From NCBI RefSeq assembly GCF_023055435.1, contig NW_025964361.1, positions 32,860,001-32,924,000 of the forward strand: a stretch of DNA of 64,000 nucleotides. The letters are read 5' to 3'. The DNA comes from Haliotis rufescens (Eukaryota). Each line of letters starts with the position of its first letter. The first letter of the stretch is position 1. Positions 41,101 through 53,100 of the stretch are shown in pieces. The notes beneath the pieces were generated by a model. It was not told the DNA's origin. It saw only the letters and a program-made list of their open reading frames with translations, and made no database searches. The translations under genes and the position numbers were made by a program.

Positions 41101-44100
41101 CTGCCTTGCAGGGTGATTTTTCCATCACCTGTGAATCTTGACATTTTCACTTTTTCTCAGAACCAGCTTGGCTTTATTAGGGTTGCTGTTTGTAAACATC
41201 CATTTAAATCGAAAAATGAAATAACAAATAAACATGTAATGTAAAAACCTTTTTAAGATTTTCCTTTCTCTGCAACATTCCTTTGTTCAATAAGGTGATC
41301 TTTTGACCTCATCCTTCCATCAGAATGAATATCATAAGCAAAGATAGTTCCTGCTGTTTGTTTACTGTATTGTAGTTAAACATATGCAAGTCAATATGAA
41401 GTCTTGTGTCAAAACCTAACTGTCATCTCTCTGAGGGCATGGGTGGCCGAGTCGTCCTAGGCGCCTAGAGTTGCGTCCCTTGGGCACATCAGGAACCTAT
41501 GATTGTGGGTTCAAATCCCACTTCGCCCTGATTATGTTTCTAGGTTTGCTTGTGTGTTTCACCAAAGTGGTAAGCATCTAATACCTGCAGATAACTGGAA
41601 CACTGTTGAGGCCGGGGATAAACCCAACTACTCACTCACTATCATCTCTCTGCAGATAATGTATAGGTCCTACTTCAGCTTTGCTCTTTGTTAGCAGCAG
41701 TATAATGGTATTGCTCAGCGATATTGTTTTTCTTCTGTAACAATCAGAGCTCCAGATAAGCTGCGTATCTGTGTAAAATACGCATCAGAAATACAGAAAT
41801 ACGCAGTAAAATAAAATCCAAGCGTATCAAATACGCAATGAACATTACAGATACGCTACAAAAATAAAACTTGTGCGTATCATCAAAATATTGTGAAGTA
41901 ACCCTGCGTATTCGATTAGCAAATCAGCAACTTATTTCGAAATTATAAACGGGCATTCCGTCAACCTTGCTAAACTCCACGATGACAGTTACATCATGAT
42001 CATTTGCCATCACACTTTCTTGTGTAAAAACTAGTGGGTAACAGAAATTTGAATACCCAGATAGAATTACTGATACCCAATGATTTTAAAATTCATGTGT
42101 AAAATACCCACAACACCAAAAGCTTATCTGGAGCTCTGAACAATGAAAGTAAAAAGTCAGGTGATTTTCAGAACAAATCCTAGATAGATGTATTTGACAT
42201 TGGTATAGTGTTAGAGTCAGTAGACGACTAATCTAGCAAGGATAGTCCGAAGAACGTAGTAAATTTATTCATAGATTAGAATTAACTTTGTATACTTGTA
42301 TTTGGTTTAGATAAATTAGAAAATCATGATACAAAGCTGTTTTTATCATATAGTTTATTAAATGATTTTTGGTAACTTCTTCACTATAATTTTCATATTA
42401 TGTAAGCAATGCTGAATTAATGTTGTTCAGAAAGTGTAATTAAAAGTAGAATGGAGTGTATCCTCATGTAACCTGTTGACTGTCCACGTTGTGTACCTAG
42501 GCCGTCCCCTCCCCCCAGGCAGGAGGATAATGAAGCCCTGAAGGCTGACAGCTCCAAGACAAGCGTCTCTGGGAAGTCATCTCGAACTGGGCGAGAAACT
42601 AAATCGTGAGTTGCTATCATTATTCTAAAAGTCATATATACAGTGTGCAAGAACTTTTTGGACTGTCAAATTACTGCTTGGATTCAGAAGATTGTTTTCT
42701 TCATCTTCTCAGTTTAATGTGTCTATTATTGTACAGTAGTTGAAAATATTGTTATATTTTACTAATTAATCAGTGCCCTGTAAGGGTCACTGTTTACTGT
42801 GTTCGAGCTCTGCCACCACTGCAATTGGTTTTCTTAACCATGCACTTATGACAGATGTTAGATACTTCATACCTGATATAACTCCTATTTTACCCTGGAG
42901 AATCTTTCTGATATATGATTGGATGGCATTAAAGGTCAAGGTCACTCAATATGAACTAGGTGTGCAAAGATTGTGTAGAAGATAACTTGAGTATTTATGA
43001 ATGGAACTTAATGTATATGATCTCTAAGGTAGGGTCTTGATTGTATTAACATTTGGTTGACCTCCATATGAGGTCAAGGTCACCAGAGGTCGAATTATGG
43101 AACATGGTTTAAATTTCATGAAATTTCAAATGAATTCATGATAAATCTAAGCATTTTCCAATCACTTATAATTGACTCTCAATAATTAACTCAAAACCTA
43201 TCATATGACATGGTTGTGTCAAATGTCAAGGTAACTTTCAAGGTCGTTCACTCATGAAATGACTTGTAAAAAGTTTCATTTAGGAAGTATGAGCAGTTTG
43301 ATATGTACACTACATATTTGTAACACCATCTAAGTTAAAAAATGTAACATTCTCACATGAGATTGGATGAACTTAAAGCTGGACTATTGCTGACTGTGGC
43401 ATAGATATGTCAAACAAAGCTCAGTATTCAGAGTGTGATGTACATATGGTTAGACAGAATATCCCCTATGTAGCCATGGTATTTTTAACAGTGTGCAGCA
43501 AGCCTAGAACAAGCTTATCAAAGAACCACTTTCAGCAATCATTTCTCTACCTCAGTGTCTATCATCATACAGCGTTATGTATTGACAAGATCGTCAGTTT
43601 ACCCGTTTATCAAAATCTGTCATCTTTCACCACTTAGGTATACAACATGTCAGCTGATATCTTAACATGAACCATAGGTAACAGACACAGCCTAGTAACA
43701 TATTTGAACATTTTGGTGTGTTGTTATTAAAAATGTGGCATTTATTGCTCTTTAAGATTGGGAACATTCCTGTCGTGATAAGATGTAATTTTCATAAGAA
43801 AAACATACAAGAAGGAAACATCTTATCCTATGGAGACATCTCTAAAGTGATCTTGTCAAATTGATGACTTTACTGTAATAATATACAGATTTCTCTCATC
43901 ACGGGGAGTCTTTACATGGGTTCTGTTATGGACCCTTTTGTTGCATCAGTAAAGATTGATAGCCATTTTATCATATACTGAAACAGAATGATGGCTTTAT
44001 CGTAATTACATCACTCTGGTGTTTAGGAATGGCTTGGCATGTTAGGTGTGTCTTATCTGTTGGAGTTGGGTGTTTTTATAATATCACCTGTATCAACACT

Positions 44101-47100
44101 GGTGGTAGGAAGAGTGTTGTCATCAATATAGAGTAGCTCGGATGGAGAAAATGTCTGCAAATTGGTTTGAATATTTAGGTGTCAGAAACTTGGTTCATCT
44201 TTTTTAACAGTTGTTACCAGGGATTTCAGCTAAAATATCATTTGGGACTGTAATTTTCTGGTATCCTTGATAGTGTGTAACAGAGTCATTCTCAAAATAC
44301 ATATATGATCTCCAGTTAGTGAGAGAGTCTGAATAATAAGGATGCCACTGATATGTGCTGCAAAGTCCTTGTCACATAAACTACCTCGTCAGTATAATAT
44401 ATCCTTGACAGCAGCTTCCCTTGATATATTTGAATGCGAGACTTTGAATGTTTCAGGTGTACAACCATCAACTTGAACTGAACCTTAGATTTACCGATGT
44501 GGCACTACCATGTCCAGGAGACAGAAAATTAACATTTTATTGTACTCGTACTTCGACAAGTCAAACTATTCTTCAATAATAGAATCAAATTTTCAAAAAT
44601 CTGTTTATTGTGAAAGTACATTTTTCACCCAGTTCATCTCACCGCCACATTGTGTGGCATTAAATGGTGGCTGACAGTTCCATTCATCCTGCACATGGTG
44701 GTGTCAAATCCTGCTCTTTGATGAGTTCTGTAGAACCTAGTACAAGCCAAGTTAAGAAAACAGTTGTGATAAGAAAGATATTGTCAAATTTGTCATACAG
44801 ACAGCAGTAGACTCTGGACAAGAAGACTGAGTCTGCACTTCAACAAGTGAAAATATATAGGCTTCCTCATTCTTGATACCAATGGTGTGTTCAAATGCTC
44901 AACTAATATATTTGCATGTGCAGGAGAGAGGAGGTCAATGAACCTATGTCTCCAACTGAACAAGAAGCAGAGCCTGAGCATGAGAATAGACATAAGAAAT
45001 CTGCCCCGCCCAAACGATTGTCATGGAAAACCATTATCAAGAAAAAGTATTGAGATAACAGAATTAGATAGACATTTATCAGCTGCAGTTAGAGACATAT
45101 TAACCCTATTTCCCTTCTTCACTTCCCATGAAGCTGTGGTGATGTAGATGGGGAAGTCATGTACTGCTTGAAGCTGTAGAAGCTGTACAGCTGGGGTAGT
45201 CCATCTGTTGCTGTAGACCAGATATCAACATAGCTTAAGTAAATATTAGGGCTTGTTTTGCTTTTTCTCTTTTTTTAAATAAGAACTTTAAACAATTTGT
45301 AGTTTTTTTTATTTTTGCTTTTTCAGAATTAAATAATTCTTGTATTTTTGCTTTTTAAGCAAATAGTATTTTGCTTTAATTGCTTTAAATTCTTTTTTTC
45401 AGAATAAGGATTTTAGAGGAAACTCATTCAATTGACAATTCTCACAGTGAAGTCTTTTATGCATGAAGACCATGTAGCTTGGGATTTTAACACAAATCTC
45501 TGATTAGGTTTGAGGTTATCGTGTCATAGTCAGAAAGGCCTAATCATTAAGAATTATGGTCTTTTAAACACTCTTGTTATTGCTGTGAGACATTGTAAAA
45601 CATCCTTACATCCTTACATTACAATGCTTACATTGATGTTGTAAACAGTCATGTTTTTATGAAGATACATGTACTTAAATAATGTATGTTAATGTGTTTA
45701 GCAATTGCAAGAAAAGGTTAATAATGAGTTTTGAAAATAAGCAAACAAGATATTATTTATGTAAACTTGTGGTTAATAACAATTTGGCAACAAAGCCATG
45801 TATTTTTTACGGCATTATAACACAGTGAAAGTGGTGAGTGAGATTTACAAATGGAAATATCACATTTATCAGCCCCTAAGGAACAATGTCAGCCAGTTTT
45901 GTTGATCTGGGCAGGGTTTTGCTGGATTCCCAGCTGAGGAACATGTTGTAAAATCTGCAGCTGGTTCTGTAGATGCTGTTTGCCAACAATGTAGTGTCTT
46001 GTGTGTATTGGTGATACTACTTCCCTGACAGCAATCCCCACATGCCGCATTAAGCCCATGCCATGTCTGAATTATTGTTTTGTCTCGACCATCATGTTTG
46101 TGAGATTTTCATGTGATGAATGTCAGAGAGACAAAGTTAGATTCATCATTTATTGATTGAATATGTTAAAGGTTAATTTTAATTGTCAAACTGATATTAC
46201 TAAAGGGGTATGGCATGGGATAATTGACAAGTTTGATTATGAAATTTGGTGATGAATATGAATCTTAGCAGATAATGATTACACACATTCACAGTGTCTT
46301 GGTTACATGCTCAGTACAATGTCTGGACCTAGGAAACAGACAGCAGCCACTGAGCATGGCTCCACTCTTAGGCCTCAGCCCTTCCTACAAGCACTGACAC
46401 ATCACTGCTTCTTTGCCAGCTATGACTGAAGCTTATATTGCTTATTTGCTTTAACACACTTTAGCCTGCATCATGTCACAGTGTTATCAACTTCAGTTGT
46501 TACCTACAGGGGGCAATGGAACAGCCATTAGGATCAAGGAGCTCTGCTACGTACGCTATAAGTCTGATAATAGTGTCTGTGTCAGAAGTTTCAAGAGTAA
46601 ATATGCCATGACCCACCTTAGGATGGTGTCTTCAGTTAGATTGATATTCTGATATTTATCAGTATGTATTTCATTCCTATGACTATGAACACAAAGTGAA
46701 TCTTGGATATGCTGAATGGTTTAAAAGATACATCCTTGTACATATACTACTTATGTTTTGCATCTAGCTGCCTTACGTTTCTAAGAACTTATACACCAGG
46801 ATACAATGCTTTTATTGATTAAGAATTTAAATATTGTTGGTAGTACGTGCAACTTGTTGCACTCTGATACCTGTAACTGATACTGAGCTCTGTGTTTATG
46901 TTATAAAATTTGAAAAGTTCTGTATTATTGGATTGATGTTGTCCTTGACTTCGCTGTCATGGTATGACAAAGACAGACCAATTTGGTTTGTTGTTTTGAT
47001 TTCTTTTTTTAATTCTTTTCCTCTTGCTACGTTTTGGCTAGGCTCACCCGTAAAATTTACATAAATTGACCTAGCCAACAAATTAAAGTTAACCTACAGG

Positions 47101-50100
47101 ACTTGTTATGATATACAAAGAGAATAATCAACTTGAATTCGATTTATCTTTTCTGTCAGAATTAATGTCATTAAGTATTAATGCATAAGCTTGCACCCAT
47201 CTTTATAACCCTATAACAATCTCCTACATAACCCTGTACCTCTCTCCTACATAACCCTGTACCCCTCCTCTACATAACCCTGTACCCCTCTCCTACATAA
47301 CCCTGTACCCCTCTTCTACATAACCCTGTACCCCTCTTCTACATAACCCTGTGCCTCTATCCTACATAAACCTGTACCCCTCTCCTACATAACCTTGTGT
47401 CCCTCTCTTACATAACCTTGTATCCCTCTCCTACAAAACCCTGTACCCCTCTTCTACATAACCATGTACTCCTCTCCTACATAACCATGTATCCCTCTCC
47501 TACATTAACATGTTCTCCTCTCCTACATAACCCTGTACCCCTCTCCTACACAACCCTGTACCCCTCTCCTACATAACCCTGTACCCCTCTCCTACATAAG
47601 CCTGTACCCCTCTCCTACACAACCCTGTACCCCTCTCCTACATAACACTGTACCCCTCTCCTACATAACATTGTATCCCTCTCCTACACAACCCTGTACC
47701 CCTAATGTACATAACACTGTACCCCTCTCCTACATAAACATGTACTCCTCTCCTACATAACCTTGTACCCATCTCCTACATAACCTTGTATCCCTCTCCT
47801 ACATAACCTTGTATCCCTCCCCTACATAACTCTGTATCCCCCCCCCCCTGCATAACCTTGTATCCCCCCCCCCCCCCCCTACATAACCCTGTATCCCTCT
47901 CATACATAACCTTGTATCCCTCCTGCATAACCTTGTATCCCTCTCCTACAAAACCCTGTACCCCTCTTCTACATAACCCTGTACTCCTCTCCTACATTAA
48001 CATGTACTCCTCTCCTACATAACCCTGTACCCATCTCCTACATAACCTTGTATCACTCCCCTACTTAACCCTGTATCCCCCCTACATAACCCTGTACCCC
48101 TCTCCTACATAACCCTGTATCCCTCTCCTACATAACCTTGTATCCCTCCTGCATAACCTTGTATCCCTCTCCTACATAACCCTGTATCCCTCTTCTACAT
48201 AACCTTGTACCCCTTTCCTACATAACCTTGTATCCCTCTCCTACATAACTCTGTACCTATCTCCTACATAACCTTGTATCCCTCCTACATAGCCTTGTAT
48301 CCCTCTCTTACATAACCCTGTATCCCTCTCCTACATAGCCTTGTATCCCTCTCTTACATAACCCTGTATCCCTCTCCTACATAGCCTTGTATCCCTCTCT
48401 TACATAACCCTGTATCCCTCTCCTACATAACCCTGTATCCCTCTCCTACATAACCTTGTATCCCTCCTACATAACCCTGTATCCCTCTTCTACATAACCT
48501 TGTACCCCTTTCCCACATAACCTTGTATCCCTCTCCTACATAACCTTGTACCCCTTTCCTACATAACCTTGTATCCCTCTCCTACATAACCCTGTACCTA
48601 TCTCCTCCACAGGCGCACCAAGGCTCAGCGTGAGCGCGAGGAGAAACAGAAGGAGGAGGAGATCCAGGCTCAGCTGGCCAAGGAGGCAGAGGCTCAGGCT
48701 GCTGAGGAGAACAAGCCCTTCACCACCCCGGCCGACCCCGCCCTCTATAAGTACATGGAGGACGTCATGGATAAGATTCAGCCACTGCCCACCACGAGGC
48801 TGCAGGTGGTGGCACTCGCAGAGTACGTAGTTGTCCTGATACACTGTGTCACGTATTCCTTGTAGAGACAAGAGGATCTGTTACAGATTGGCCTCATAGG
48901 CTGTGTGTTAGAAGAATAGTATCATGTTTTGTCTTTGTCTTTGTGAGAGCAATGATTATATGACAGATGTAATTTGTTTTCTATTTTGCTGCACATATAA
49001 ACTTATGTGTGTTAGGTGAATATGATACTGTGTTCAAAATTTCAGACAAGCCAAACAAATACATTTTGTCTATCTGATTAGGGGAAACTATAAGGATAAA
49101 CTGTGTTTTGATGTGGCTATGTAGAAATATAATAAGTACACTATATATCTTGTGAAGGGACAGTGGGTCATATTACAAGTGGCTTACATGTTGCAGAAAG
49201 TGTACTGTATTTCTTAGTCAGTCATACAGACACTGAAACAAATATATCTATTTCAGCCCAGGAAAGTCTATAATAATTTGCAAGTCTAGATTACTGCAGT
49301 TTCAAGGTCTGAAATTGAAAAGTGTCTCTGGGCTCCTTCTTATTACTTTTTATTAAGATGATTCAACAACTGTCCTTTCTGTGAAATATTTTCATTTCAG
49401 AGACTAGATGTTAATCTGTTTATTTCTTAAATGATTGTATTTCCTGCCAAACTGTCATTGTGATGAGCTATGATTGCTTGTGTGGTGGCAGGTACGTGGC
49501 GGAGAAGATGGGAGGGCCTATAGCGAAGGGGCAGGTGACAAACTTCAGCTGGGAACTACCTCTCAGTCAGATCAAGTTCGAGCTCAAGTCAAATGTTGTC
49601 CCCATCGGCAAGATCAAGGCTGGAATCCATGTGCACAGAGCACTGCTCTTCAAGGTGAGATCTCAGAGCATTAGCATATGTCTTACTTTGCCAGGTCCTG
49701 GTTCCAGGGTAGCCTGGTGGTTAGAGCATTTGCTCGCCATGACAAGGGCTTGGTTTTGATTCTCAACATGGGTACAATTTGTAAAGTATATTTCTGGAGT
49801 TCCCTGTTGTAGTATTACTGGGATATTGCTAAAAGGTGCGTAAAATCTAGGGCTGTTACGATTCACTCGCGTATTGTGATTCAAACCGTATCCCTTCATG
49901 AACTGAATTCTTTATTCGTGGGCACAAGAATCGAATATTTATCCAAAAAATAAAAAGTCTTTTTTTCTACTAAGAATATCCATAAGAACTTATTATATAC
50001 ATATGTAGATTTCTTCAAAGACAACACTCATATATATTTTATTTGACAGTAATGTGGTCACTGGTCATTGTCGCATTTGAGCAGATAATATAGAACCTTG

Positions 50101-53100
50101 ATAAATGCAGTATATAAATATATAATAATAATCATTAACACTGTCAGCTTGGTCAAACCATGTCAAATAATTTATTGTTTCACTGAATATAATAAAGAAT
50201 ACATCAACTGTTGACTCGTGAAAAAATATTTGTATTCGTTACCCTATGCTTATGATACTGTCTTATTTGCCTTATCATGTATTTATTGCACCCCTAGTAA
50301 AGTCATTCTCACTCACTTATATCACTGTGCAGAAGACTTGGAGAAGGGTAGCCCAACAGTCAAATGGTTCTCTTGCCAATCAACTGGGTTTTACTTGTAT
50401 AGCCCAATCACGGTGTCCTCCCTCTACTGCAGGTCTACAGCGTGATTTGACTGTAGGAATTCACTTGTATATCTTACTGATGAGGATTCAGAACCATGGT
50501 CTCTTCATGATTAGTTGATATTCGGGATTATTCATAGTTTCATGAGTGTCCTCCATTACAGCCTACCAGAACCACATTCAACTCTTGGGAGTAGAAAGCA
50601 TTTCTTGAAAAAGTTACGTTTAGACCAGGGAGAATGGTGACACAGTGTTTGAAGACTATAAGCTTGTGTTTTGTTGCAGACACTGGCTGACCGTATTGCT
50701 GTTGGATGTTCCCTGACAAGGGGAGAGTACAACCGAGCCTGGAACGAAGTCATGCTACCAGAAGAAGATGAAGTGGTAATGTCACATTTCTCACCAGTAA
50801 TCACTGATAATGATGAAGTTGTCAAATAGGTGTGTGTGTGTGTGTCTTGCTTGTTAAATGCCCATTCAGCACTATTCCAGCTGTATGATGGCTGCTTGTA
50901 AGTAATTGAGTCTGGACCGAACAATCCATTAATTGATATTATGGTCAACTACACTGATGTGCTGTCAACCAAGTCAACGCACCTGACCATCCCATCCATT
51001 GGGTTGCCTCTTACAACCAGTATAGGTTACTGGGAACCAACTGTAACCCAGGATTTCGACAGGTTCCTAACTTAGGCACCTCTTACGACCAGCATAGGTT
51101 ACTGGGAACCAATTGTAACCCAGGATTTCCACGGCTTCCCAACTTAGTCACCTCTTACGACCAGTATGGGTTACTGGGAACCAATTGTAACCCAGGATTT
51201 TCACGGCTTCCCAACTTAGTCACCTCTTACGACCAGTATAGGTTACTTGGAACCAATTGTAACCCAGGATTTCCACAGCTTCCTAACTTAGGCACCTCTT
51301 ACGACCAGTATAGGTTACTGGGAACCAACTGTAACCCAGGATTTCCACGGCTTCCCAACTTAGTCGCCTCTTACAACCAGTAAAGGTTACTGGGAACCAA
51401 CTGTAACCCAGGATTTTCACGGGATCCTAACTTAGGCACCTCTTACGACCAGTATAGGTTACTGGGAACCAATTGTAACCCAGGATTTCCACGGCTTCCC
51501 AACTTAGTCGCCTCTTACGACCAGTATAGGTTACTGGGAACCAACTGTAACCCAGGATTTCCAAAGGTTCCCAACTTAGTCACCTCTCACAACCAGTATA
51601 GGTTACTGGGAACCAACTGTAACCCAGGATTTCCACGGCTTCCCAACTTAGTCACCTCTTACGACCAGTATAGGTTACTGGGAACCAATTGTAACCCAGG
51701 ATTTCCATGGGTTTCCAACTTAGTCACCTCTTACGGCCAATATAGTTTACTGGGCACCAATTGTAACCCAGGATTTCCACGGCTTCCCAACTTAGTCGCC
51801 TCTTACAACCAGTATAGGTTACTGGGAACCAATTGTAACCCAGGATTTCCACGGCTTCCCAACTTAGGCACCTCTTACAACCAGTATAGGTTACTGGGAA
51901 CCAATTGTAACCCAGGATTTCTACGGCTTCCCAACTTAGTCGCCTCTTACGACCAGTATAGGTTACTGGGAACCAACTGTAACCCAGGATTTCCATGGGT
52001 TCCTAACTTAGGCACCTCTTACGACCAGTATAGGTTACTGGGAACCAATTGTAACCCAGGATTTCCACGGGTTCCCAACTTAGTCACCTCTTACAACCAG
52101 TATAGGTTACTGGGAACCAACTGTAACCCAGGATTTCCACGGGTTCCTAACTTAGTCACCTCTTACGACCAGTATAGGTTACTGGGAACCAATTGTAACC
52201 CAGGATTTCCATGGGTTTCCAACTTAGTCACCTCTTACGGCCAATATAGGTTACTGGGCACCAATTGTAACCCAGGATTTCCACGGCTTCCCAACTTAGT
52301 CGCCTCTTACAACCAGTATAGGTTACTGGGAACCAATTGTAACCCAGGATTTCCACGCTGGAGACAAATTCTACCCCATGTCCGTAAAGGTCTTTCTCTG
52401 GTAGGGGTGTGCGAGGGTCCAAAGAGAATCAGGGATGGGGTCACCTGAATGTGACAGCCTTGAGGCATGTGGCATAAAGACAGTTATGCAATTTTTAGGG
52501 AGAGTTTATAGAAATAATGGACAGGGGTTTAACATTGCGTTCTGGATTATTGCACTGATATAGCAAAGTGCATGAATGTCTCTGTGTGTGTGAGTGCATG
52601 ACTGTGCCTGTCCTAGTCCAGACTAATACCGGTTTTATAGTGCTCGCCCACTGAGATAGCATGTTGTAATCTCATTCAAATCAGATCTTAGTTCTCGCTA
52701 TGGCTAAACAAAGATCAGAAGGCAGCTTTCTTTTGTTTTACAGCACTAATTTCAAATTGGTGACTACACTTCGAAACATATTTTGACAAATTCTCAATTA
52801 CAAATTTGAAACCTGAACAAAAGAACATTTTTGAAGGGTTAATAGATGGTACAGATTGTATTGATTCAGTCGTTAAACCCGTAACTATCGTTTGGAATAC
52901 CCCGTGTTAAAGTTTTCGGGGTTGCATGATTAGAAATCACATTCCAACTCTCACTTTCATAATCTGGTAAGCGACGCTCTGATTGGTCTGATGAAAGGTC
53001 GTTCTGACGTGACCCCTTATGGGATGTCTTCAGATCTTTGTTTAGCGGTAGCGAGAACTAAGGTCTGATTTTTTATGAGATTGAGCATGTTGCAGTTTAA

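Noticed and set aside
41434-41530. tRNA-Leu/Ser gene
   Set aside because: SINE head with body, ACTC tail and an 11-bp TSD.
42930-43250. Helitron/HINE-like element suggested by repeated GGTCAAGGTCA
   Set aside because: Probably an old repeat, but I could not define its ends or family.
51724-52422. KRRLSW peptide in minus-strand ORFs of the 72-bp repeat, echoing the alternative-exon motif
   Set aside because: Different codons (CGA CTA AGT vs CGG TTG TCA) and opposite strand; coincidence.
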